Assembly (NCBI RefSeq): GCF_002087085.1
Contig: NZ_MWQY01000001.1
Coordinates: 62,001-126,000 of the forward strand
DNA: 64,000 bases
Direction of reading: 5' to 3'
Numbering within the stretch: position 1 is the first letter of the stretch; every line of letters begins with the position of its first letter. Positions 10,201-18,658 of this stretch are shown here, one piece after another. Under the pieces are notes generated by a model that had not been told where the DNA came from, searched no databases, and saw only the letters and a program-made list of their open reading frames with translations. Both the position numbers and the translations under genes were made by a program.

Positions 10201-10560
10201 GAGAACAAGGAACGGGCCGATCAGGTTATGGAAAAACTGAAGGATCTTGATTCCATACTGAATGATGTCGAGGAACGCAGTCAGAATCTTCAGCAGGCCC
10301 GGGAGTGGCTGGCCCGGACTGAAACCAGGCTTCAGGAAGTGAGCAAGCAGGCCCAGGAACAGGTTAAACTGCTGGGATCAATCATGAAAGAAGAGACCCG
10401 CCGGGTTTCAAGGGAGAAGGGCTCTCCCAATCTCGGGGCCCGGGAAGTGGTTACCAAGCTTGCTCATCAGGGATGGAGCGTGGAAGAGATCGCCAGAGCG
10501 ACAAAACTGAGCCGGGGAGAGGTTGAACTGATTCTGGAACTCCTGCCGAAAAAGAGCTGA
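7234..10560 (+). CDS. Membrane-anchored long coiled-coil protein (SpiroCoCo-like) with C-terminal HTH-like module
   Basis: N-terminal TM, about 1000 aa of E/K/L/Q-rich heptads, C-terminal LAHQGWSVEEIARATKLSRGEVELILEL. Confidence 0.8.
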   Translation: MLFDSFFQAGNIITLAIVLIILAVYRQLDKDNRSLEKLKKFADRMKDDIGSFVDEKSRDMQNLAIELDVHQKTAKEILSRLGKSEEQLQERSWHLDEVRERIEGYDASLKELGTMTGKVEENLRRIASESEFVDTVAKRVKAVAGQLDGVEKSIPGIEQRLKQDSQKILEALKQDIIKGVYDDVGRLKKEARQAGEQVDEFASFISSLQEKQSDTERESLDALRSSADELLQELDSSRKNLENEFSANIESLGTAMQEEITGRIRAIMDDGRNLEGEIFDSLREYIEGRVGDVKAETAAWKVSADRNLESFQEGLEKRMAELNDRLGAFRREAETTFAQAAVTTETLKSQLREQYEEIRDAGESWKQEVENSLEGHRLGIQKKTSELESRLLEYEEDTGYRFSRIEEITRDMDQLEENLKASMDRVSAKIRKEFADFAAQLAAERGEEHAKAEQDLGAIRSAMGELENELNELKSRAYDSVSEKLKLFEDDFFSDLRERNASMQNQFQEWKEKVRTSLDALGEESGQKRRELEERYSEELEERLTALRNELQSGMKDFEGQVNAFYGRIEQKISTTETDMKSLEDGIRQDVEDARRQSRASFETIFTEHDTSIKDQIKKSEREFQGEIKRLGDDLDAGRKELSSLLDAAKSDVTVWQAQILQQLKEAESQVSEDLAGFKLSARENTASLVQAYTEEQEELVQNSQAERARIRNEIKNLNESVIELQSELRKRTEEAFDRQSRETENSLAEFQKRSRELLSEADVRLKEFRESAADIKEKVEGAQGKLFGKIEDQYKILSVKLQEIDKRQKNFVTQTKIFDRADSLKISLEENLEDLKSEIARVDAMSKEIKESERKFIKVQKLGEEVSAKFTRFLNERGRIEEMEGDFKKLINLSQAIDVKLNDVTSSNDTLTSLQAQLRQLEELEKDVNVKFERLESKGNILDATTSGVDKNFQSLRELEGRVKDLGSQLSVLPKEFESVKKEIHVLSENKERADQVMEKLKDLDSILNDVEERSQNLQQAREWLARTETRLQEVSKQAQEQVKLLGSIMKEETRRVSREKGSPNLGAREVVTKLAHQGWSVEEIARATKLSRGEVELILELLPKKS

Positions 10561-10667
10561 ATCAACGCTGTATTTGCGGCAACTTAATCGAGAGTTATCC
10601 TCAACGCTTGACGTATCCCGATGTGTATTAGTAAATTATCTCACAAGAATCACTGACAGAGGTAGTT

Positions 10668-11324
10668 ATGTCCAAGCAGCAGAATGAAGAGGTGGTCGAG
10701 AATCAACCTCAGGAGGTTGTTGAATCCACCGAAAACGAGAGGTCTGAAGCAGCCGCTACTGAGCCCTCGACTACTGAAGCGCAGGTAGAAGCAGATGACG
10801 GGTTGGAAGTTCTCCGCAAGAGAATACAGGAACTTGAGGCGGAAAACAGTAAACTCAAAGATCAGTATCTCAGAAAAAGCGCAGATTTCGACAACTTTCG
10901 CAAACGGATGTTCCGGGAAAAGGAAGAATCGGTAAAATACGCCAATACCAACCTTCTCTCGGATATCATCAACATCATCGATGATTTCGAACGGGCTATA
11001 AAATCATCTCAGGAATCGAAGGATTTCGATATGTTTCATAGCGGGATCGAACTGATCGAGAAGCAGTTTACCGGGATGCTGGAGAGAAACTGGGGCCTCA
11101 AACGCTTTGAGAGCGAAGGCGAGCCCTTCGATCCACAGAAGCACGAAGCGATCAACATGGAGGAGCGTGAAGGCCTTCAGGATCAGACGGTCCTGGAGGA
11201 TTACCAGAAAGGCTACATGCTTCACGATCGCGTATTACGGCACTCGAAGGTCAAGGTCGGGGTACCCAAAGTAGCCCCGTCCGGGAACTCGGATGATAAC
11301 GATCAAAACCAGAACAAGGAATAA
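10668..11324 (+). CDS. grpE: Nucleotide exchange factor GrpE
   Basis: ADFDNFRKR, FDPQKHEA, QKGY.LHDRVLR; upstream of dnaK. Confidence 0.97.
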   Translation: MSKQQNEEVVENQPQEVVESTENERSEAAATEPSTTEAQVEADDGLEVLRKRIQELEAENSKLKDQYLRKSADFDNFRKRMFREKEESVKYANTNLLSDIINIIDDFERAIKSSQESKDFDMFHSGIELIEKQFTGMLERNWGLKRFESEGEPFDPQKHEAINMEEREGLQDQTVLEDYQKGYMLHDRVLRHSKVKVGVPKVAPSGNSDDNDQNQNKE

Positions 11325-11340
11325 ATAGGAGAATATCGCA

Positions 11341-13281
11341 ATGGGAAGAATAATCGGCATCGATTTAGGAACTACAAACTCTTGCGTTGCAGTTATGGAG
11401 GGTGGAGAACCGGTAGTTATTCAGAACTCCGAGGGGCAGCGAACAACACCGTCAATTGTGGGTTTTACCGCGAAGGGTGAGCGCCTGGTAGGGCAGCCTG
11501 CGAAGAACCAGATTGTAACCAATCCGGAAAACACCGTCTATTCGATCAAACGTTTCATGGGGCGCCGTTTCGGGGAGGTCCCGGCGGAGATTGGAATGGT
11601 CCCCTATAAAATAAAGGACTCCGGAAACGGCGAGGTGCGGGTCGCTGTCCACGACAAAGAGTACTCCCCCCAGGAGATCTCTGCGGCTGTTCTGCAGAAG
11701 ATGAAGAAGACCGCTGAAGACTATCTCGGCGAGACCGTAAGCGAAGCGGTTATTACCGTTCCCGCTTACTTTAACGATGCCCAGCGCCAGGCGACCAAGG
11801 ACGCAGGACGTATTGCCGGCCTCGAAGTCAAGCGTATAGTCAACGAACCGACCGCAGCCTCCCTGGCATATGGATTCGGCAAGGATAAAAAGGAAGAAAA
11901 GATCGCCGTATACGACCTGGGCGGCGGTACCTTCGATATTTCCGTTCTCGAACTCGGGGACGGCGTGTTCGAGGTAAAATCGACCAACGGCGATACCCAT
12001 CTTGGAGGAGACAACTTCGATCAGCGGATAATAGACTGGCTGGTTTCCAACTTCAAGAACGATTATGGTATTGATCTTACCCAGGACCGTATGGCCCTGC
12101 AGCGACTGAAAGAGGCATCGGAGAAGGCCAAGATCGAGCTTTCCAGCACCCATTCGACGGAGATCAACCTTCCCTTTATTACCGCCGATTCTTCAGGACC
12201 GAAGCACCTGCAGTACAGCCTTACCCGGGCCAAATTCGAACAGATGGTCGCGGACCTGGTGGAGAAAACCAAGGATCCCTGCATAAAGGCCATGAAGGAC
12301 GCCGGGGTAGTGCCGGAGGATATCGACGAGGTGATCCTGGTGGGCGGTTCAACCCGTATGCCCGCTGTACAGGCCATTGTAAAGGAACTCTTCAAGAAAG
12401 AGCCCCACAAGGGCGTCAATCCCGACGAAGTGGTTGCCATGGGCGCTGCAATTCAGGGTGGAATCCTCGGGGGTGACGTAAAGGATGTTCTGCTTCTGGA
12501 TGTTACCCCTCTCTCTCTGGGAATTGAAACCCTGGGTGGTGTGTTTACCAAGCTCATTGAACGGAACACCACCATTCCCACCAGGAAGAGCCAGATATTC
12601 TCCACGGCAGCGGACAACCAGACTGCGGTATCCATCCATGTACTTCAGGGGGAGCGGGAAATGGCCAACCAGAACCGGACCCTCGGCAGGTTCGACCTTG
12701 TGGGTATTCCCGCTGCACCCCGGGGCGTCCCGCAGATCGAGGTAACCTTCGATATCGATGCCAACGGTATCGTCCATGTTTCGGCCAAGGACATGGGAAC
12801 CGGTAAGGAGCAGAAGATCAGGATCGAGAGCTCTTCGGGCCTGTCCGAGGACGAGATCAATAAAATGGTCAAGGATGCTGAGATGCATGCCGCGGAGGAC
12901 AAGAAGGAGCGGGAGAAGATCGAGGTCCGTAACGAGGCTGATAACCTGATCTACGCTACAGAGAAAAGCCTGAAGGAGTACGGTGACAAGGTTGGAGACT
13001 CCGACAGGAACGCCATACAGTCGGCTCTGGACGATCTTAAGGGCAGCCTTGATACTGCATCGGTTGAAGATCTGCGGAACAAGATACAGACCCTTACACA
13101 GGCGTCTCACAAGCTGGCTGAGGAGATGTACAAGAATACCGCAGCTCAGTCGGGCGGCGACGGCGCTCAGGCACAGGGTGCCTCCGGTTCCTCCGACGAA
13201 AGCTCTTCCCAGGGCAGCGACAGCGGCAATGTGGAGGATGTGGATTACGAGGTTGTTGACGACGACGAGAAAGATAATTAA
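11341..13281 (+). CDS. dnaK: Molecular chaperone DnaK
   Basis: [25 protein letters not shown]. Confidence 0.99.
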   Translation: MGRIIGIDLGTTNSCVAVMEGGEPVVIQNSEGQRTTPSIVGFTAKGERLVGQPAKNQIVTNPENTVYSIKRFMGRRFGEVPAEIGMVPYKIKDSGNGEVRVAVHDKEYSPQEISAAVLQKMKKTAEDYLGETVSEAVITVPAYFNDAQRQATKDAGRIAGLEVKRIVNEPTAASLAYGFGKDKKEEKIAVYDLGGGTFDISVLELGDGVFEVKSTNGDTHLGGDNFDQRIIDWLVSNFKNDYGIDLTQDRMALQRLKEASEKAKIELSSTHSTEINLPFITADSSGPKHLQYSLTRAKFEQMVADLVEKTKDPCIKAMKDAGVVPEDIDEVILVGGSTRMPAVQAIVKELFKKEPHKGVNPDEVVAMGAAIQGGILGGDVKDVLLLDVTPLSLGIETLGGVFTKLIERNTTIPTRKSQIFSTAADNQTAVSIHVLQGEREMANQNRTLGRFDLVGIPAAPRGVPQIEVTFDIDANGIVHVSAKDMGTGKEQKIRIESSSGLSEDEINKMVKDAEMHAAEDKKEREKIEVRNEADNLIYATEKSLKEYGDKVGDSDRNAIQSALDDLKGSLDTASVEDLRNKIQTLTQASHKLAEEMYKNTAAQSGGDGAQAQGASGSSDESSSQGSDSGNVEDVDYEVVDDDEKDN

Positions 13282-13304
13282 CCCGGCGACAAGCTGATTA
13301 TAAG

Positions 13305-13336
13305 GCCCGGAGAGGTTTTCCTCTCCGGGCAATTTC
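13305..13336 (+). terminator. Strong hairpin between dnaK and dnaJ (leaky terminator or stabiliser)
   Basis: GCCCGGAGAGG-TTTT-CCTCTCCGGGC perfect 11-bp stem, weak U tract (AATTTC). Confidence 0.6.
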
Positions 13337-13358
13337 TCCAGGAAGGATGGATTCTACT

Positions 13359-14489
13359 TTGGCCAAGCGTGATTACTACGAAGTCCTGGGGGTGTCCAAG
13401 GACGCCTCGAAAGAAGAGATAAAAAGAGCCTATCGAAAACTGGCGGTACAAAACCATCCGGATCGCAATCCCGGCGATAAGGAAGCGGAGGAGCGCTTTA
13501 AGGAGGCCACCGAGGCCTATGAGGTCCTGGGAGACGATCAGAAACGGCAGACCTATGATCAGTTCGGTTTTGCCGGACTTGAAGGCATGGCAGGCGGCGG
13601 TACCCACGACTACTCCACCGTATTCCGGGATTTTGAAGATATCTTCGGTGATTTCGGTGGCATATTTGACTCCTTCTTCGGCGGCGGCAGCCGGGGCGGC
13701 CGACGCCGATCGTCGGGTACGGGTAATCGCGGCGCGGACCTGAGGTATAACCTGGAGGTTCCTTTTCGGGATGCGGTTTTTGGTACCAAGGTGGAGATCT
13801 CCTATCGAAAGAACGCCGCCTGTTCAGTATGCAGCGGCAAGGGAACAACCTCCGGAAGCGGCAAACGTGTGTGTCCGACCTGCGGGGGGTCCGGGCAGGT
13901 GCGCAGAAGTTCCGGTTTCTTTTCAATAGCTTCACCCTGTCCGACATGTTCAGGAGAGGGATACATCATCGAAAATCCCTGTTCCGCCTGCGCCGGTTCC
14001 GGGGTTCAGCCCAAAAATCAGAAAATCAAGGTTACCATCCCGCCGGGAATCGAACATGGAAAAAGAATAAACATTCCCGGACAGGGGGATGCCGGATCAA
14101 ACGGGGGATCTCCGGGAGATCTGTACGTATATATTAGCGTCGCTCCCCACAGGTTCTTCGAACGGGACAGAAATGACCTGTACTGTGTGATCCCGATTTC
14201 CATGACCCAGGCGGCTCTGGGGGCTGAGATCTTTGTTCCGACCCTGGATGACAAAAAGATCAAGGTAAAGATTCCCGCGGGAACACAGAACGGAAAAATA
14301 CTGAGAATCAGAAGTGAAGGGGTACCCCATCTGCACAATGCGCAGTCCCGGGGAGATCTCTATATAAAAATCAGCGTCTCCGTTCCCACAAAGCTTTCAG
14401 GAAAGGCCAAGTCCCTTCTTAAGGAATTCTCAGAGCTGGAGGGAGAAAATACTCATCCTGAGCCTGTTCCTCTTTCTCAATTGAGATAA
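13359..14489 (+). CDS. dnaJ: Molecular chaperone DnaJ
   Basis: [14 protein letters not shown] region, four CxxCxGxG repeats; TTG start at 13359 preferred, ATG 13347 is the alternative. Confidence 0.98.
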   Translation: MAKRDYYEVLGVSKDASKEEIKRAYRKLAVQNHPDRNPGDKEAEERFKEATEAYEVLGDDQKRQTYDQFGFAGLEGMAGGGTHDYSTVFRDFEDIFGDFGGIFDSFFGGGSRGGRRRSSGTGNRGADLRYNLEVPFRDAVFGTKVEISYRKNAACSVCSGKGTTSGSGKRVCPTCGGSGQVRRSSGFFSIASPCPTCSGEGYIIENPCSACAGSGVQPKNQKIKVTIPPGIEHGKRINIPGQGDAGSNGGSPGDLYVYISVAPHRFFERDRNDLYCVIPISMTQAALGAEIFVPTLDDKKIKVKIPAGTQNGKILRIRSEGVPHLHNAQSRGDLYIKISVSVPTKLSGKAKSLLKEFSELEGENTHPEPVPLSQLR

Positions 14490-14519
14490 ACAGATATAAT
14501 TTAAAAGAGGAGGTTTCCC

Positions 14520-15044
14520 ATGGCCAGGAATAAACGCAGGCAGCTGGTGGTGGACAGACGCTTCCAGCTGCGATTCGTGGGTTCTTTTCTGTTGAGTGTA
14601 CTGGTGTCCCTCGTGATCTTCACCCTGGTTGTGGGACTCTACTACTGGGTCTCGAATATGGCAGGTGAGAACCTCTTCAAGGAATTCATTACCATCGATC
14701 GTCAGGTTATTGAAGAACGGATCATTATAGAAGAGGGGGTGGAGAGGGTGGTCAAGGTTCCAGGCACAAAAACCATCCTTGGAATCAAACGATGGGAACT
14801 TGTCCTGCCCGCCATTCTGCTCAATAATCTGATAATCATGATTATTATGATCATTTTCGGGATACGCTACTCCCACCGCATAGCAGGGCCGGCTTTCCGT
14901 ATCAACAGCGATATAGATAAAGTCCTGCAGGGCAGTAAGGGCATACAGATCAAACTCCGGGAAAAGGACCGGCTGCGAGAGGTCGCCTTCAGGGTGAACA
15001 AGCTGATTCGGAGACTGGAAGAGGCGGAAAAAGAGGTTTCGTAA
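14520..15044 (+). CDS. Two-TM membrane protein with HAMP-like C-terminus, function unknown
   Basis: AGAGGAGG RBS, two hydrophobic segments, SHRIAGP...LREKD.L..VA..VN HAMP-like pattern. Confidence 0.7.
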   Translation: MARNKRRQLVVDRRFQLRFVGSFLLSVLVSLVIFTLVVGLYYWVSNMAGENLFKEFITIDRQVIEERIIIEEGVERVVKVPGTKTILGIKRWELVLPAILLNNLIIMIIMIIFGIRYSHRIAGPAFRINSDIDKVLQGSKGIQIKLREKDRLREVAFRVNKLIRRLEEAEKEVS

Positions 15045-15069
15045 AGATTAAAATGACCGATGCCGATAG
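15042..15069 (+). promoter_or_regulatory. Putative sigma-28 (FliA) promoter
   Basis: TAAA(GATT) at 15042, N16, GCCGATAG at 15062-15069. Confidence 0.55.
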
Positions 15070-15108
15070 TGTGGAGGTGAAGCTGCTGCTTCAAAAAAGA
15101 TACTGAGG

Positions 15109-15543
15109 ATGCTTCTGATGCGTATTCCCGCAGTAATTCTGCTCTTTTTTTTGATGTCCTTTCTTACTGTTTTTTCCACGGAACGGGTAGGTTCGGATGA
15201 AAACGGTGACGGCCGTGATGACACCTGGACTGTTTTTGAGGATGGGAAGAGAAAAGCGATTTATTACGACAGTAATTTTGACGGAAATGTCAACTATGCC
15301 CATATCTTTGACAAAGAAGAGGTAATGGTCGAAGAACGGCTGGATTTCAATCATGACGGAAACATGGATGATTTTTATTTCTACGCCGAGGGAGTGTTAA
15401 TCCGGAGGGAGATCGACTCAAACTACGACGGAAAGGTTGATGTATGGGTCCATGTGGAGGAAGGCGTATATATACGCAGGTATGAGCAGGACCTGGACTT
15501 TGACGGCGAAATAGACAAGGTAAAAGATTTCAGCGAAGAATGA
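15109..15543 (+). CDS. Secreted protein with DxNxDG (Ca-binding-like) repeats
   Basis: Signal peptide then five D-x-N/D-x-D-G-x-x-D/N repeats about 23 aa apart; start may be 15118. Confidence 0.75.
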   Translation: MLLMRIPAVILLFFLMSFLTVFSTERVGSDENGDGRDDTWTVFEDGKRKAIYYDSNFDGNVNYAHIFDKEEVMVEERLDFNHDGNMDDFYFYAEGVLIRREIDSNYDGKVDVWVHVEEGVYIRRYEQDLDFDGEIDKVKDFSEE

Positions 15544-16265
15544 GTTTTTTAACAGGTTTCCATGCAATAGAAGAGGCTCTCAAGTCGGCAGGAAGGGGCA
15601 AAGGGACGCTGTATGTTTCAGGAAAGGGCCCCAGGATAAAAAAGATCGAAGAACTTGCCGCGAGGAGGGGGGTACCCCTTGTGCGTCTCTCCGCCCCTGA
15701 ACTCAGGGAACTCAGTTCCAGCGAGCACCGGGGCATAGCCTTATCCATAGAAGGGTATACCCCTGAAAGTTCCTTTGAAGGATTCATTGAATCCATCGGG
15801 GATAATCAGACCAGCCTGCTGGTTCTCCTGCTGGACGGAATTACCGATCCCCATAACTTTGGCGCCATTCTGCGTTCCGCGGACCAGTTTGAAGCCGATT
15901 TTGTATGCATCCCGGAACGTCGTGCCGCTTCCGAAACTGAGGTTGTGGCCAACAGTTCCGCTGGTGCCGTCCATCATGTGCCCTTTGCCCAGGTACCGAA
16001 TCTCTCCCGGGCTGTGGAGAAACTGAAAAAACATGGTTTCTGGGTATACGGTGCCGCCATGGGGGGGGATCCGATCCATTCGGTGGATCTTACCGGCCGG
16101 ATTGCCATTGTCCTCGGCAGCGAGGGGAGGGGAATTTCCGCAAATCTGGCCACCCACTGTGACGCGGAGGTCGCGGTTCCGACGAGAGGCAGGCTGGATT
16201 CTCTGAATGTCTCGGTGGCCGCCGGCATCATTCTCTACGAGATCCGACGTCAGCAGGCCTGGTAG
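15540..16265 (+). CDS. rlmB: 23S rRNA (guanosine-2'-O)-methyltransferase RlmB (TrmH/SpoU family)
   Basis: DPHNFGAILRSA, VLGSEGRG, SLNVSVAAGI. Confidence 0.92.
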   Translation: MSFLTGFHAIEEALKSAGRGKGTLYVSGKGPRIKKIEELAARRGVPLVRLSAPELRELSSSEHRGIALSIEGYTPESSFEGFIESIGDNQTSLLVLLLDGITDPHNFGAILRSADQFEADFVCIPERRAASETEVVANSSAGAVHHVPFAQVPNLSRAVEKLKKHGFWVYGAAMGGDPIHSVDLTGRIAIVLGSEGRGISANLATHCDAEVAVPTRGRLDSLNVSVAAGIILYEIRRQQAW

Positions 16266-16271
16266 CCCCGG

Positions 16272-18134
16272 CTATCGGGTAAGTCCGATCCTTCCGGGAG
16301 GCCAGAAGGTCGCTACAGCTTTACCAAGAATGTTTTTAGACTCCAGCAGATAAGGGTCCAGCAGCGAGAAATACATGATGGAAACGCGGTCGTCCTTGTC
16401 CAGGGAACTGAGACTCCGCCCGGTGTGGGAGTGCCTGAAATCAAGGGAATTGTACCGATTGTCTCCCATGAGAAAATAGCTTCCCCTGGGGATATAGGCA
16501 TCCCTCTCTTCGGGTATGGGAGGAAAATTCCGGTTATCGTAAAACTCGGTCAGGTAGCGGAACAGCTCTTCGGCGTCCTGCTGGGCAGATGCAAAATCCA
16601 CTGAAGACGAGATCTCCGCCGGGGTTGCGCGTTCTTGTACAAAGTCCGCAAAAAGCTGCAGACGCCGTACCTGCTGGACCTTGAAAATCAGGTTCAGCTT
16701 TTTGGAGGATTCCTTGAACTCATTTTCAGTGCTGCTGTTCGCAGAGTCGATTCCCCCCTGCACATAGTCCTCAAGGTCGCTGCCGTCCCCGGTGAGGGCA
16801 TCGAGCAGCAGGAGAATATCGTAGCGGTAGGAGTCGGCATACTGGAATGCCTTCAGGCCGATTGATTCCAGGCGGATATGGATCTCTTCAAGAAGATCCT
16901 CCGGATTGTTTCCCCGCTGCAGCATCTGCCCGATCAGGTTGTTCTCAAGATATTCCACATCCGAAGGGTTAAAGCTTTCCAGGTCTCGCCTTAGAGAATC
17001 CCACAGCTGTTCCAGCTCAAGGCTCAGTCCGCGGATATCTGCATTCGATTTGTAGGCATCCCAATAGTCGAGCATCTGACGCGTCGAGGCATCCAGAGGC
17101 ATATATTCAATCTTCTCACGTATCCTCTCGGGCTGAGCATACAGATCAACATGGGAGTAGGTTTTATCCTCTTCGAGGGGGACAAAATCCGTTCCCTGAC
17201 GCTTTACATACAGTGTGTCGTCGATCATCATCAGTTTTTCACCGGGTTCCCCGACCAGTCTTTTTACTATGAAGCGCTTGCGGGGCATTCCGTTGTCATC
17301 ACGGTCAATATCAACCATTGTCAGGGTTATATAGTAGATAAACTGCTGGAAAACACGTCGGGCCAGGGTCTTGTGGGTGTATTCGGGACTCTGGAATACA
17401 ACGATATCTCCCCGTTCTGGTTTGGAAAGAACCGGGAGCCGCCATTTTGTCAGGGGAATGGCCGGTCCGGACTGGAACTTCGTTACCAGGGTACGGTCTT
17501 TGATCAGATAGGTCGGTACCATGGATTCGGTGGGAATAACATAGAGCTGAAATATAAAATGCTGCAGAATTATTACAATAATAATGGACTGCAGAACCGC
17601 ATCGACATTTTCCCATATCGCGGTTTTAAGGGGACGCTTTATACGCTTCTCCTTCTGCTGTCGCCGAAGTTCCTTCTGCTCAGCTTTAGAGATATATACT
17701 CCCCAGGCTTTTTGAAAGGGCGGATACCAGAGACTCAGGTAAAAGAGGGTCGGCAGCAGGGTGGAAACAAAGGAAGCAATCCACAGCCGGGTGTATACGG
17801 TATCATTTATCAGTCCGGACATTTCCCAGGACATCCGCGGCAGGTTGTAAAAAACATAGACAAATACAATAAAATATCCGGCGTAGGTCTTTGCTTTCTT
17901 GTACCAGCGGGAATCTTCCTTGAGAAACAGCCTGTACAGAAAAAAACTGTTCAGGGATAGTATCAGTAATTTTATCGCCAGGGATGTCAGAAGGGCCCAA
18001 TCCACGCTGCGGAATCCGGTAAAGAATATCGAGAACAGGGAATCAAGTGTCCATATGATCAGCAGAAGGGCTGGCAGATACCAGGAAGGATTATTCCGCT
18101 GCCCTTGTATCAGCGTGGTAATTTTGGTCTTCAT
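16272..18134 (-). CDS. lepB: Signal peptidase I, unusually long
   Basis: IPTESMVPT (Ser), RGDIVVF, FIVKRLVGEPGE (Lys), MGDNRYNSLDFR, ILGKA. Confidence 0.92.
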   Translation of the reverse strand: MKTKITTLIQGQRNNPSWYLPALLLIIWTLDSLFSIFFTGFRSVDWALLTSLAIKLLILSLNSFFLYRLFLKEDSRWYKKAKTYAGYFIVFVYVFYNLPRMSWEMSGLINDTVYTRLWIASFVSTLLPTLFYLSLWYPPFQKAWGVYISKAEQKELRRQQKEKRIKRPLKTAIWENVDAVLQSIIIVIILQHFIFQLYVIPTESMVPTYLIKDRTLVTKFQSGPAIPLTKWRLPVLSKPERGDIVVFQSPEYTHKTLARRVFQQFIYYITLTMVDIDRDDNGMPRKRFIVKRLVGEPGEKLMMIDDTLYVKRQGTDFVPLEEDKTYSHVDLYAQPERIREKIEYMPLDASTRQMLDYWDAYKSNADIRGLSLELEQLWDSLRRDLESFNPSDVEYLENNLIGQMLQRGNNPEDLLEEIHIRLESIGLKAFQYADSYRYDILLLLDALTGDGSDLEDYVQGGIDSANSSTENEFKESSKKLNLIFKVQQVRRLQLFADFVQERATPAEISSSVDFASAQQDAEELFRYLTEFYDNRNFPPIPEERDAYIPRGSYFLMGDNRYNSLDFRHSHTGRSLSSLDKDDRVSIMYFSLLDPYLLESKNILGKAVATFWPPGRIGLTR

Positions 18135-18142
18135 AGAGAAGG

Positions 18143-18171
18143 ATAGTAGTGGGTTGCCGGAAAAATGACAA
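18143..18171 (-). promoter_or_regulatory. sigma70 promoter of lepB (leaderless geometry)
   Basis: Minus strand TTGTCA-N17-TACTAT, ATG 8 nt later, no SD. Confidence 0.6.
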
Positions 18172-18200
18172 CCCGGAAAAAACCATCGGTGATCGCGAAG

Positions 18201-18599
18201 CTAAACCTTCAGAATCCTTTCGGCAAGGTGTACCGCGTTCAGAACTCCCTGTTTTCCTATGCCCATGGTAGCTACGGGAATGCCCTTCGGGAGCTGCAGT
18301 ATGGAAAGCAGGGCATCAATGCCGCTCAAAGCCCCGGCTACAAGAGGAACCCCGATTACCGGTTTTGTGGATATGGAGGCAACCACCCCCGGAAGCGCTG
18401 CAGAAAGGCCTGCGGCGGCGATAATCAGACGGTAGCTGTCCTCATTCTCCCTGAGAAATTTCTGAAGTTCCTCCAGGTTGCGATGGGCCGAATATACCTT
18501 CAGATCGAAGGATATTTTCTTTTCCTTCATCAGCTCCACGGCAGGCTGCACCGAGTCCTTGTCCGATTCTGAACCGATTAAAACCAGAATGTCTTTCAT
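18201..18599 (-). CDS. purE: AIR carboxylase / N5-CAIR mutase PurE (short form)
   Basis: GSESD, SAHR, AGLSAALPGVVAS, PVIGVP, P.GIPVAT. Confidence 0.92.
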   Translation of the reverse strand: MKDILVLIGSESDKDSVQPAVELMKEKKISFDLKVYSAHRNLEELQKFLRENEDSYRLIIAAAGLSAALPGVVASISTKPVIGVPLVAGALSGIDALLSILQLPKGIPVATMGIGKQGVLNAVHLAERILKV

Positions 18600-18658
18600 G
18601 CTTGTATCTCCTGTTTTCCGGCGGCGAAAGCCCTGTGCCCCGGTTAATGCTAGGGAAC

